Shown here in pieces: positions 48,568 to 58,271 of a stretch of DNA of 64,000 nucleotides. The stretch is from Candidatus Sumerlaeaceae bacterium (GTDB lineage Bacteria; Sumerlaeota; Sumerlaeia; Sumerlaeales; Sumerlaeaceae). The first letter of the stretch is position 1. Each line of letters opens with the position of its first letter. The notes below the pieces were generated by a model. It worked only from the letters and a program-made list of their open reading frames with translations, made no database searches and had not been told where the DNA came from. The DNA is taken from NCBI GenBank assembly GCA_051003195.1, contig JBPCLP010000017.1, positions 1-64,000 on the forward strand. Direction: 5' to 3'. A program made the position numbers and the translations under genes.

Positions 48568-48596
48568 AGAAAACAGAGAGAAGAAAAAGAGCTGAC

Positions 48597-48998
48597 ATGC
48601 CGGTAACCGATCCCATCGCAGACATGCTGACGCGCATCCGCAACGCCAACACTGCGCGTCATGAGGAAGTCGAAATCCCCTACTCGAAGGTGAAGTGGGA
48701 AATTGCGCGCATCCTTAAAGAAGAGGGTTTTATCAAGGCCTGCTTCTGGAACAGCAAGGGCAAGAAAAAGGCCCCGATCAAAGTTTACCTGAAGTACGGT
48801 CCGAACCAGGAGCGTGTTCTGCACGGGTTGCAGCGCGTTTCTAAGCCCGGTATTCGCAAATACTCGGGTGCAACCGCAGTTCCGCGTACGCTGGACGGAC
48901 TTGGTGTAAGCATCATTTCCACGAGTCGTGGACTATTAACCGACCGCCACTGCCGCCTGCAGAATGTCGGCGGCGAAGTTCTGTGCAAGATTTGGTAG
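48597..48998 (+). CDS. rpsH: 30S ribosomal protein S8
   Basis: [40 protein letters not shown]. Confidence 0.99.
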   Translation: MPVTDPIADMLTRIRNANTARHEEVEIPYSKVKWEIARILKEEGFIKACFWNSKGKKKAPIKVYLKYGPNQERVLHGLQRVSKPGIRKYSGATAVPRTLDGLGVSIISTSRGLLTDRHCRLQNVGGEVLCKIW

Positions 48999-49065
48999 GC
49001 TGCCAACTGGCCTTGTCCCGCCACCGGCTGGACATCGGTTGAGATAGAGAGAAAGTGACACTAAG

Positions 49066-49605
49066 ATGAGCCGCATAGGAAAAGTTCCGATTCCCGTTCC
49101 AAAGGGCGTCGATGTAAAAATTGATAAGAACGAGATCCACGTTAAGGGTCCCAAGGGTACGCTCGATTTCACCTTCCCGCCTCGCGTGACGGTGAAGCAG
49201 GAGGACGGCGCTGTGCATGTGATGCGCCACGGCGACGACAAGCAGAGCAAGGCCTACCATGGCCTGGTTCAGCGTCTCGTCCGGAATATGGTCATCGGCG
49301 TAACCGACGGTTTCCGTAAGGAACTCGAAATCCAGGGCGTCGGATACCGTGCTGCGGTGGACGGCAACAGACTGAACCTGTCACTTGGCTTCTCCCATCC
49401 CGTTGTTTTTGAAACACCGGCAGGAATTAAGATTGAAGTGCCGAAGCCCACGTCCGTCATTATCACTGGCCACGATAAGCAGCAGGTCGGCCAGGTCGCG
49501 GCCGTGATTCGCGGGTTCCGCCCGCCCGAGCCGTACAAGGGCAAGGGTATCCGTTACGTTGGCGAATACGTGCGGCGCAAAGTTGGCAAGACGAGCGGCA
49601 AGTAA
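49066..49605 (+). CDS. rplF: 50S ribosomal protein L6
   Basis: MSRIGKVPI, GVGYRA, LGFSHPV, RPPEPYKGKGIRY. Confidence 0.99.
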   Translation: MSRIGKVPIPVPKGVDVKIDKNEIHVKGPKGTLDFTFPPRVTVKQEDGAVHVMRHGDDKQSKAYHGLVQRLVRNMVIGVTDGFRKELEIQGVGYRAAVDGNRLNLSLGFSHPVVFETPAGIKIEVPKPTSVIITGHDKQQVGQVAAVIRGFRPPEPYKGKGIRYVGEYVRRKVGKTSGK

Positions 49606-49693
49606 TCACCGCTGAACAAGTTTCAGGAGATCGACTGACCGGAGATCTCCAGGCAGCCCTCCTATATTCGGAGAGCGAAAAGGAAGAGAAGAA

Positions 49694-50062
49694 ATGATAG
49701 CAGCAACGTCAAAAGAGAAGCGCGAGAAGCGGCGCCTGCGGATCCGCAAGAAGATTGTAGGTACGGCCGAGCGGCCCCGCCTGTCGGTTTTCAAGAGCCT
49801 CAAGCACTTGTATGTGCAAGTGACTGACGATGCCACGGGACGCACGCTTGCGGCCGCCACGACCAACACCAAGGCCAACAAGGCCGGTGGGAAGAAGTCG
49901 TTTGCAAACGTGAGCAATGCGCAGGCACTCGGGCGCACGGTTGCCGACAAGGCAAAAGCCTCGGGCATCGAGTCTATCGTGTTTGATCGTAGCGGCTATC
50001 CCTATCACGGGATTGTCAAAGCGGTGGCGGAAGCAGCCCGCGAAGCTGGATTGAAGTTCTAA
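49694..50062 (+). CDS. rplR: 50S ribosomal protein L18
   Basis: [38 protein letters not shown]. Confidence 0.98.
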   Translation: MIAATSKEKREKRRLRIRKKIVGTAERPRLSVFKSLKHLYVQVTDDATGRTLAAATTNTKANKAGGKKSFANVSNAQALGRTVADKAKASGIESIVFDRSGYPYHGIVKAVAEAAREAGLKF

Positions 50063-50081
50063 AAGGAAAAGGTCGCAAAAC

Positions 50082-50768
50082 GTGAGTTTTACGCAAAACG
50101 TACAGAACCCGGCCCCAGGCCAGGAAGGCGCGGAGCCCAACGCCGAGCAACAGCCCCAGGAGGCATATGTTTCCTCGTGGCAGGAGCCGGAGAGAATTGA
50201 TCCGAAGTCACTGAACCTCAAGGAAGAAGTGGTACAGCTCAACCGCACGGCGAAAGTCGTGAAGGGTGGACGCCGCTTCAGCTTTGCCGCGCTGGTGGTC
50301 GTGGGTGACGGTAACGGTTACGTCGGGGTCGGCTTTGGAAAAGCTAATGAAGTTCCAGAGGCAATTTCCAAGGCGGCTGAAGACGGCAAGAAGAACCTGA
50401 TCAAGGTTCCAATGCGTGGCCGTACCATACCTCATTCCATCATCGGTGAGTTTGGCGCCGCGCGTGTGCTGTTGAAGCCGGCTTCCGAAGGTACGGGTCT
50501 TATAGCGGGTCCGGGCGTACGCACGGTTCTCACGATGGCAGGTGTTCACGACATTCTTACGAAGGTTATCGGCACGAATAATAAAATTAACGTTGTTAAA
50601 GCGACACTACAGGGCCTCGGCGCGCTGTACAACGCAGAGCGCATCGCGAAACTCCGCGGCCGCACCGTGCAGGAACTCTTTGGCAAGGAAGCGCCGAAGG
50701 CACCGGCACCCGCCGAGCAGGAATATGACACCTCCGCCTTCACAGGCGAAGGCGAAGGTAAGGAGTAA
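50082..50768 (+). CDS. rpsE: 30S ribosomal protein S5 with N- and C-terminal extensions
   Basis: [46 protein letters not shown]. Confidence 0.98.
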   Translation: MSFTQNVQNPAPGQEGAEPNAEQQPQEAYVSSWQEPERIDPKSLNLKEEVVQLNRTAKVVKGGRRFSFAALVVVGDGNGYVGVGFGKANEVPEAISKAAEDGKKNLIKVPMRGRTIPHSIIGEFGAARVLLKPASEGTGLIAGPGVRTVLTMAGVHDILTKVIGTNNKINVVKATLQGLGALYNAERIAKLRGRTVQELFGKEAPKAPAPAEQEYDTSAFTGEGEGKE

Positions 50769-50773
50769 AACCC

Positions 50774-50959
50774 GTGGCAGACAAAGTTAAGATCACGTGG
50801 GTGAAGAGCGGGATCAACCGCTTGCATGCCCACCGGCGTACGTTGCGTGCGCTTGGATTTACACATCTCAACCAGACCCGCGAGCACGAGCTGACGCCGC
50901 AGATCAAAGGCATGCTGCACCAGGTCGGCTACATGTGCAAAGTCGAGAAGCAGAGTTAA
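50774..50959 (+). CDS. rpmD: 50S ribosomal protein L30
   Basis: KITWVKSGI...TLRALG...TPQIKGML; AAGGAG RBS; expected position. Confidence 0.95.
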   Translation: MADKVKITWVKSGINRLHAHRRTLRALGFTHLNQTREHELTPQIKGMLHQVGYMCKVEKQS

Positions 50960-50974
50960 CGAGGAACGACGATA

Positions 50975-51445
50975 ATGAAGATTCAGGACCTAGGAAAAGA
51001 CCCGGGCCGTGCCAAGAAGGGCAAGCGGGTAGGACGTGGCGAGGCCAGCGGCCTCGGCAAAACGTCGGGCTATGGGCATAAGGGCTCGCAGGCACGCAGT
51101 GGACGAGGCAAGGGATACGGCGGAGGCTTCGAAGGCGGGCAGATGCCATTGCAGCGTCGCGTGCCAAAGCGCGGATTTGTGAACATCTTCCGTGAGGAAG
51201 TTGAAATCGTAAATCTATCCACGTTGGACAGCTTCGATGCAAACGCCACGGTAGATATGGACGCACTTAAGTCCATGGGCGCCGTTCGCAACCGCGCCAG
51301 GATTGTTAAAGTGCTGGGTAATGGCGAATTGACCAAGAAGCTGAACGTGAAGGCGCACCGTTTTTCAAAGTCCGCTAAAGAGAAGATCGAGGCAAAGGGC
51401 GGAACCGCGGAAGTGGTCGCATCAGCCGCAGCCGAAGCTAAGTGA
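50975..51445 (+). CDS. rplO: 50S ribosomal protein L15
   Basis: RVGRGEASGLGKTSG.GHKG, FEGGQMPLQRRVPKRGF, KVLGNG. Confidence 0.98.
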   Translation: MKIQDLGKDPGRAKKGKRVGRGEASGLGKTSGYGHKGSQARSGRGKGYGGGFEGGQMPLQRRVPKRGFVNIFREEVEIVNLSTLDSFDANATVDMDALKSMGAVRNRARIVKVLGNGELTKKLNVKAHRFSKSAKEKIEAKGGTAEVVASAAAEAK

Positions 51446-51532
51446 AACTGAATTTCTGGCAGTAAAGTATCGGCTGGCCGGAGGACCTTCATGGGACCTT
51501 CGGCCTGTCGCATTTGAAAAAGGGCCGCTATC

Positions 51533-52945
51533 GTGATTAGAAGCGTTGGAGCACTACGGAACGTCTGGAAGATTCCGGATCTGAAGCGTAAGATCCTCTA
51601 CACCCTGATGATCTTGTTCGTTTACCGCATCGGTGCGCATATTCCAACGCCATTTGTGGATCGAGCACAACTGGCTGAATTCGTGGACCGGCAGCGCACG
51701 GGTCTTGGCGCCGGCCTGTTCCAGGTGATGGATCTGTTCAGTGGAAAAGCCTTTGAACAGATGAGCGTGTTCGCGCTTGGAATCATGCCCTACATCAGTG
51801 TTTCGATTATCCTCCAGTTACTTACGGTCGTCTATCCGAAGCTTCAGAAAATCCAGCAGGAAGGCGCGCTGGGCCAGCGTAAGATCAACCGTATGACCCG
51901 CCAGTTTACCATCGCACTTGCGCTACTGCAGAGCTTTGGGCTCGCCGTTACGTTGAAGGCCCAGGGGCTGACCTATTTCGTTGGCAGCTATTCCTGGATA
52001 TTCCTCTTCACCACGATGATTGCGATGACGACCGGCACTGCGTTTGTCATGTGGCTTGGTGAGCGCATTACGGAACAAGGCATAGGCAACGGTATTTCAT
52101 TGATTATCGCCGTAGGTATCCTGGCGCATTATCCCTCTGATCTCACTCAGTTGATTACATTGATGCAGAGTGGCGCGCTTGAGTGGATCTGGCTGATTGC
52201 CATCGCGGTGCTGTTCGGCATCTCGACAATGGCAATTATTCTGATTCAGGACGGAACACGACGCATCCCCATGCAGCACGCTAAGCGCGTGGTGGGGCGG
52301 CGCGTCATGTCGGGTGGTACAAATTATCTGCCGTTGAAGGTGAACACGGCCGGTGTAATCCCCGTGATCTTCGCGTCGGCCATTCTCGCCTTTCCAACCT
52401 TCCTGGCCTCATTATTCAGTGGCGGGGATGAGACGGGTGGAGTGCTCGGGAATCTATTCCGGCTGGAGTCATCTTATAATCTCTACAATGCGGCGAACAT
52501 GGAGAACTGGGGCGGAGGATTTTTTAACCTCTTCAAGAGCGTTAATCTTCATATCTTGCTGTTCGCACTGCTTACGGGCTTCTTCTGCTATTTTTACACG
52601 GCTGTGGCCTTTAACCCGGATGATGTTGCGAACAATTTGAAGAAGAGCGGCTCGTTCATACCCGGAAAGCGTCCCGGAAAGCCGACCAGCGAATACATCG
52701 ATTATGTGCTGACGCGGGTAACGACTGTCGGAGCATTCTTTCTTGTCGCGATTGCGGTGACGCCTCTCGTTTTGCAGGTTTCCTTTAATATGCCGTATCA
52801 GGCCATGTCCTTTGTGGGTGGAACCGGGCTTATTATTGTCGTCGGTGTGCTTCTTGACACGCTCAAGCAGATCGAGTCGCAATTGCTCATGCGTCACTAC
52901 GAAGGCTTTGCAATGCGCCGTACGTCCACGGCGAAGTGGCGCTGA
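51533..52945 (+). CDS. secY: Preprotein translocase subunit SecY
   Basis: SVFALGIMPYI, WLGERITEQGIGNGISL, AGVIPVIFA, FIPGKRPG, GGTGLIIVVGV. Confidence 0.99.
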   Translation: MIRSVGALRNVWKIPDLKRKILYTLMILFVYRIGAHIPTPFVDRAQLAEFVDRQRTGLGAGLFQVMDLFSGKAFEQMSVFALGIMPYISVSIILQLLTVVYPKLQKIQQEGALGQRKINRMTRQFTIALALLQSFGLAVTLKAQGLTYFVGSYSWIFLFTTMIAMTTGTAFVMWLGERITEQGIGNGISLIIAVGILAHYPSDLTQLITLMQSGALEWIWLIAIAVLFGISTMAIILIQDGTRRIPMQHAKRVVGRRVMSGGTNYLPLKVNTAGVIPVIFASAILAFPTFLASLFSGGDETGGVLGNLFRLESSYNLYNAANMENWGGGFFNLFKSVNLHILLFALLTGFFCYFYTAVAFNPDDVANNLKKSGSFIPGKRPGKPTSEYIDYVLTRVTTVGAFFLVAIAVTPLVLQVSFNMPYQAMSFVGGTGLIIVVGVLLDTLKQIESQLLMRHYEGFAMRRTSTAKWR

Positions 52946-52961
52946 CGAGAACCTATCCCAC

Positions 52962-53674
52962 TTGGAAATTTCCGCTAACAAAATATACGGCAACGACCCA
53001 CTCAACGTCATCCTGTTCGGGCCTCCAGGGTCGGGCAAAGGCACGCAGGCCAAGCACCTGGTCAAGGCGCATGGTTTTACTCACGTGTCGACCGGCGATA
53101 TCCTGCGCGAAGAGACTAAAAGTAACACCGCGCTGGGCAGGCTGGCCAGCGGCTTCATGCGTGAAGGCCGGCTCGTGCCTGACAAATATATCGGGGACAT
53201 GGTAAAAAAAAACTCTGCGAGCTGAAGGGTCACGGCGCCAGCATACTTTTTGACGGCTACCCGAGAACCCGCCCGCAGGCAGAACAGCTAGACCAGATAT
53301 TCCACGTCGCCGACCTGATGCTAAACGGCGTCATCGCAATGATGGTGGATCCAGAGGTACTTATTGCGCGCATCACCGCGCGCCGTACATGCTCTACCTG
53401 TAACACCATCGTTAATCTTTCGCTTGATCCCCTGAACACATTTTCGCGTTGCCCGGCCTGCGGCGGCGAGCTCGTACACCGCGACGACGACAATGAGACG
53501 GTTGTTCGCCGGCGCATCGAGGAATACCACGAGGCCACCGAGCCGCTGCTGGATTACTACAAGAACCGCGGGCAGCTTTATCCCATCGAGGGCCTTGGAA
53601 CGGTTAACGACGTAGGGATGCGCATTGCGGAAGTTCTCGATAATCTCGATCGCGCGCGCCGGGAACACGCCTGA
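52962..53674 (+). CDS. adk: Adenylate kinase (Zn-lid type), split by a -1 frameshift at an A9 run
   Basis: First frame has ILFGPPGSGKGTQ, STGDILR and GRLVPD, then stops at 53225; the -1 frame carries LFDGYPRT, CSTC/CPAC lid and RDDD. Junction at A9, 53204-53212. Start at TTG 52962 is uncertain. Confidence 0.9.
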
Positions 53675-54426
53675 TGGCGAAGAAAGTCGAGCTGAAGTCC
53701 GAGGCTGAACTTCAAAAAATGCGCGAAGCCGGCATCCTGCTCCGTAAAGTGTTTAACGAGATCGGTAACCGTGTCGCCCCGGGAGTTACAACAGCACAAC
53801 TGGACCAGGTTGCACGTAAGTGCATCGAAGATGGCGGCGCTAAACCCGCCTTTCTCGGGTACCTGGGATACCCTGCCACGCTGTGCACGTCCGTGAATGA
53901 GGAAGTGGTGCATGGAATACCCAGCAGCCGCACGCTGAACGAGGGCGACATCGTGTCCATTGACTGCGGCCTGGTGCTAAATGGATTCTACGCCGATACC
54001 GCGACGACGTACGCAGTGGGCACCATCAGCGAAGAAGCACAGCAGTTGCTCAAGGCCACACGTGAAAGCCTGGACCGCGCAATCGAGCACATGGTGGTGG
54101 GCAACCGTATCGGCACAGTGTCGTCCGCGGTGCAACAGTACGTGGAGGAGCGTGGTTACTCAGTGGTGCGCGACTATACGGGTCATGGCATCGGACGCGC
54201 CATGCACGAGCCTCCGCAGATACCGAACTTCGGCGATGCAGACACCGGCTTCCGTCTGCGTCCTGGGTTGGTGCTGGCAATCGAGCCGATGGTAAACGCA
54301 GGAACCTACAAAACCAAAACTCTGAAGGACGGCTGGACGGTCGTCACTGCCGATGGGGCACTTTCGGCGCACTTCGAACACACCATCGCCGTCACCGAAA
54401 ACGGGCCGATGATTCTCACCGCTTAG
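53674..54426 (+). CDS. map: Methionine aminopeptidase type I
   Basis: CTSVNEEVVHGIP, GDIVSIDCG, GHGIGRAMHEPP, AIEPMV, SAHFEHT. Confidence 0.98.
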   Translation: MAKKVELKSEAELQKMREAGILLRKVFNEIGNRVAPGVTTAQLDQVARKCIEDGGAKPAFLGYLGYPATLCTSVNEEVVHGIPSSRTLNEGDIVSIDCGLVLNGFYADTATTYAVGTISEEAQQLLKATRESLDRAIEHMVVGNRIGTVSSAVQQYVEERGYSVVRDYTGHGIGRAMHEPPQIPNFGDADTGFRLRPGLVLAIEPMVNAGTYKTKTLKDGWTVVTADGALSAHFEHTIAVTENGPMILTA

Positions 54427-54611
54427 AGCTTTATGATCCGACTATTGCCAGACGACCCGATCGCGTTTATTAAAGAGAGGGCACTGCTCAGGCACCTGTA
54501 CTTGCCCCCATTCATCGGTTATCCGCGGTCGCGGCGGGGGCGCAGGAAATCCAGGTACACGAGCTTGAAATCATTCTCTTCGCTGCGTGAAGGTCATTTG
54601 CAACCTCTCCA

Positions 54612-55190
54612 ATGCTGAACGATAAGTCAGACAGGTGCTACACAGCATATGACCGTGTAGTAGAATACGGCGCGATCGGTAGTACCGAGTCCCAGCATCG
54701 CGGCACAATTCTCTCGTTCCTCCAATCCCATCACGACCCATTCGACCGCGCACACCTGCACGCGCATCTCACCGGCAGCGCGCTTATTGTTTCCTTCGAC
54801 GGCACGCGCGTGCTGCTTGGCTATCATCGTAAGCTGAGCCGCTGGCTGCAGATGGGCGGCCATGGCGAACCTGGCGAGACTGATCCTTTAGTCGTAGCGA
54901 TGCGTGAAGCGCGTGAAGAGTCCGGTGTCCACGATCTCCGCCTCGACAGCCGGGCACCTGCGCCCATTGACGTGGACGTCCACACCATACCGGCACGTTG
55001 CGACGTCCCCGAACACCTGCACCTCGACATTCGGTTCCTGCTGCGCGCACCCGCCGATGCCGCGCCGGCGTGCCATCTGGACGAGCAGGATGATCTGCGC
55101 TGGTTCTTGTGGGACGAGGTAGAATATCTGGAGCTCGATCCTTCTCTTGTACGGCTGATCGCCAAGGCCCGCGGTTACGCGCGCGCATGA
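54612..55190 (+). CDS. NUDIX hydrolase
   Basis: HLTGSA, HRKL.RWLQMGGH, Nudix box ...AMREAREESG, HLHLDIRF; start uncertain. Confidence 0.9.
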   Translation: MLNDKSDRCYTAYDRVVEYGAIGSTESQHRGTILSFLQSHHDPFDRAHLHAHLTGSALIVSFDGTRVLLGYHRKLSRWLQMGGHGEPGETDPLVVAMREAREESGVHDLRLDSRAPAPIDVDVHTIPARCDVPEHLHLDIRFLLRAPADAAPACHLDEQDDLRWFLWDEVEYLELDPSLVRLIAKARGYARA

Positions 55191-56431
55191 GGATACTTTT
55201 TCTACACCAGCATTTCCACCCGGAAACCGTTGGGACCTCCACGCGCGCGGTTGAGATCGTCGAATACCTCGTGCAGCATGGCCACGATGTGACTGTCGTC
55301 ACAGGAATTCCAAGTCACCCATCCACAATGACGAATGCGGAGGTCTCACGTGACCAGCCGCGGTTCGAGGAATTCCGTGGGGCGCATCTGTACCGCACAT
55401 GGGCATATGGATCAAGTAGACGTGACGCATTTCTTCGGCGCATGCTGACCTATGGCAGCTTCATGATCCTCGGGGGCTTCAAGGCGCTTTTCCTTCGTGG
55501 CAAGTTCGATGTGCTGGTTGCGATCAGCCCACTTCCGAATGGTGTCGCGGCATGGATGGTCAGCAGGCTGCGGCGCTTGCCGCTGATGTTCGACGTTTGT
55601 GACATCTGGCCCGATTGCGCGGTGGCGGTCGGCATGCTAAACCGGACACCCATGCTGCGCCTTGCGCAATGGCTGGAGAAGCGAGTATATCTCAACTCGC
55701 GCCGAATTGGCGTGGTAACCCCTGGGTTCACCGACAATATTGCCGGTAAGGGAATACCACGCGAAACGATCTCTCTGCTGCCCGACTGGGTTGACCCCGA
55801 TATCTATGATCCAGCCAAAGTTGACCGCGAAGCCACGCGCCTGCAGTATGATCTGGATGGAAAGTTCGTCGTCTCATTCCTCGGAAACTTCGGGCTGCTG
55901 ATGGGCCTCGAGGCAATCCTGGATATTGCTCAGCGGCTTCGAGATCGTGCTCCAGACGTGCTGTTTCTCTTTGTCGGTAAAGGTGTTGCACTGCCAATGA
56001 TGCAGGACCGGGTAGACAGGGAGTCGCTCCAAAATGTGCGCATTCTGCCCTATCAGCCCCGTGCCGAAGTGCCAGGGTTGCTTGTGGCGTCCGATGTATT
56101 GATCGTCACCTATAAGACCACCGACATCACAATGATCACTGTCCCATCGAAGATCTACGAGTACCTCGCCATTGCTCGCCCCATTGTGGCTGGAGTAGAG
56201 GGAGTCATTCGCGAAATCCTTCTGCAGTCCGGTGCAGGATTCATTTCCCCATCTCGTGATCCCGAGGAAATGGCTGAGTTCATCCTTCGCCTGAAAGCGG
56301 ACCCTGCACTTCGAGCGAAAATGGGCGCGCGTGGGCGCCAGTACGCAATCGAACACTTCTCGTTTGGCAGGGTCGCGGCGGACTACGAGCGGACAATAGG
56401 CGAAACTCTGAGTGGGTCCGCTACCAGGTGA
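55187..56431 (+). CDS. Glycosyltransferase family 4 (WbuB/WcaI-like)
   Basis: MRILFLHQHFHPE, DIWPD, GNFG, VPSKIYEYLA; ATG 55187 overlaps the NUDIX stop. Confidence 0.92.
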   Translation: MRILFLHQHFHPETVGTSTRAVEIVEYLVQHGHDVTVVTGIPSHPSTMTNAEVSRDQPRFEEFRGAHLYRTWAYGSSRRDAFLRRMLTYGSFMILGGFKALFLRGKFDVLVAISPLPNGVAAWMVSRLRRLPLMFDVCDIWPDCAVAVGMLNRTPMLRLAQWLEKRVYLNSRRIGVVTPGFTDNIAGKGIPRETISLLPDWVDPDIYDPAKVDREATRLQYDLDGKFVVSFLGNFGLLMGLEAILDIAQRLRDRAPDVLFLFVGKGVALPMMQDRVDRESLQNVRILPYQPRAEVPGLLVASDVLIVTYKTTDITMITVPSKIYEYLAIARPIVAGVEGVIREILLQSGAGFISPSRDPEEMAEFILRLKADPALRAKMGARGRQYAIEHFSFGRVAADYERTIGETLSGSATR

Positions 56432-57363
56432 GCGGGCAACCAGCCGGTCAGCCAGGCGAACCGGAACCGCAGCACGGCACGGTGCGGCTCAGTATTATCA
56501 TCGTGAACTGGAATACACGCGATCTGCTCTGCGCCTGCCTGGATTCCCTGCGAAGCGTTCTGGATGATCCAGGACACGAGGTTCTTGTCGTCGACAATGG
56601 GTCTTCGGACGGCAGCGTTGAGATGGTCCGTACGGAATTTGCTGCCGTGCGCCTCCTGTCGCTGAACCAGAACCTGGGCTTTAGCCGAGGTAATAACGTC
56701 GCCCTGGCACAAGCGCGAGGCAAGTACCTGATGCTGCTTAACAGCGACACGGAGATCATCGGCGATGCGCTGGAAACGATGTGCAACTTTCTCGACCAGA
56801 ACCCAACCGTGGGCGCGTTGGGGCCGCAGCTCCTCAATCCGGATGGCACGGTACAGCTTTCCTGCCGAACCTTTCCATCTTACAAAACCGCGTTGTTCCA
56901 CCGGAAGTCTCTGATTACAAAACTGTTTCCGCGAAACCGATTTTCGCAGCAGTACCTGATGACCGGCATCGGGCACGGCAAAACCATGGAAGTCGATTGG
57001 GTGATTGGCGCGTGCCTGATGACGCGACGCGCCGTGGTCGAGCAGGTCGGCCTCCTGGATGAAGAGTTCTTCATGTACGCTGAAGATGTGGACTGGTGCT
57101 ATCGCATGCGGCTTGCCGGTTGGGCCATTGTGTACGTGCCGGAAGCGCAGGTGCTGCACCACTACGAGAAGTCTGCCGTAAAGATGCCCTACCGTATGAA
57201 CTTCCAGCGCCATCGCAGCATGTGGAGATTCTACATGAAACATTACAGCCGTGGCATCATGCTCCTGGATGTCGCCACGTTTATTGGAATCGTTACAAGG
57301 TTCGTGCTTATGCTCACGCGCAATGCGGTGCATTCGGCTTTTGGAGGAGAGAAACGCCCATGA
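56428..57363 (+). CDS. Glycosyltransferase family 2 (WbbL/rhamnosyltransferase-like)
   Basis: SIIIVNWNT, VDNGSSDGS, NLGFSRGNN, LLNSD, FFMYAEDVDWCYR. Confidence 0.93.
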   Translation: MSGQPAGQPGEPEPQHGTVRLSIIIVNWNTRDLLCACLDSLRSVLDDPGHEVLVVDNGSSDGSVEMVRTEFAAVRLLSLNQNLGFSRGNNVALAQARGKYLMLLNSDTEIIGDALETMCNFLDQNPTVGALGPQLLNPDGTVQLSCRTFPSYKTALFHRKSLITKLFPRNRFSQQYLMTGIGHGKTMEVDWVIGACLMTRRAVVEQVGLLDEEFFMYAEDVDWCYRMRLAGWAIVYVPEAQVLHHYEKSAVKMPYRMNFQRHRSMWRFYMKHYSRGIMLLDVATFIGIVTRFVLMLTRNAVHSAFGGEKRP

Positions 57364-58271
57364 ATCGTATTACTGCGGAAGTTCTTTGCGGCTTCTTTGC
57401 ATTCGCGGCGGCCATTGTGTCCGGCTATGCCTGTTGGGAATATCTCCGGCCCGAGAAGCTTCGCGCACGTTTTTCCGAGGACAGCCTCAACTATCGCAGG
57501 TGGCTTGCACTTTCTTCGACTCTGCCGATACTTCTGGGGTATAGCGGCGGATTTATCGCGCTGCTGATCCTCTCAGGCGAGATTCTACCCGGAGATCGTT
57601 TCTATCCCATATCAGATGCCATCCGCATTGCGCTGGTGCCACTGGTTGCAGGGCTGGCTTTCATCACCGTGGACTTTATATTGCCGCCTGGTTTGGCCCC
57701 GGTGCGCAATACCTTTACCCGTCAGCGGGTGGGGAGCAGCGCCTGGCGCCTGCCTGCGATATTGGTGATTGTGCTGGCAGTCGCGCTGGGTGGAGCTGCC
57801 AGCGGCATTCAATTTCCGCTGGTCTCTGTCGGTCGAGAACAGGTGGTGGAGCTGGGCCAATACTCTGTTGCAGCCTCCATCGTGTGGCTGGTGCTCGCGA
57901 CACTGATTGTAAAATTGCTGGATGGTCTTGATGGTGCCGCGTCTATGCTGCTCTTGCTTTGCGCAGGTGTGGTTTACTATACCACTGCCTCAACCCTCGA
58001 GTACTTTCTTAATGCGTTCAGCGTCATCCTGATGGGACTGGTGATCGGATCCCTCCGGTTCCATTTGTATCCCGCGCGGATGCCGTTGCGTGGCGGCGGG
58101 ACCTTGTTCATCGGCTACCTGTTTGCAGTACTCACCGTTCTCGCCAGGCAAAAGTCTGTGACGGCAGGGCTGGTGGTTATTCCGCTCCTGTTATTTGCAC
58201 TCGTGCTTGGCGGGGCAATGCTTGGCTTCCTGGAGCGAACGCTGACGTTGCGAAAGGATCGCAGCGAGTGA
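57360..58271 (+). CDS. MraY/WecA-family polytopic membrane protein with degenerate catalytic motifs
   Basis: KLLDGLDGAA and LRFHLYPARMPLRGGG.LFIG align to the family's N..DGLDGLA and F.FN..PAKIFMGD.G motifs; ATG 57360 overlaps the GT2 stop. Confidence 0.75.
   Translation: MNRITAEVLCGFFAFAAAIVSGYACWEYLRPEKLRARFSEDSLNYRRWLALSSTLPILLGYSGGFIALLILSGEILPGDRFYPISDAIRIALVPLVAGLAFITVDFILPPGLAPVRNTFTRQRVGSSAWRLPAILVIVLAVALGGAASGIQFPLVSVGREQVVELGQYSVAASIVWLVLATLIVKLLDGLDGAASMLLLLCAGVVYYTTASTLEYFLNAFSVILMGLVIGSLRFHLYPARMPLRGGGTLFIGYLFAVLTVLARQKSVTAGLVVIPLLLFALVLGGAMLGFLERTLTLRKDRSE

Noticed and set aside
54433..54618. 61-aa ORF after map, faintly like the start of a DUF4258-type toxin
   Set aside because: Resemblance is limited to a few residues (PDDPIAFI); not enough to call a gene or pseudogene.
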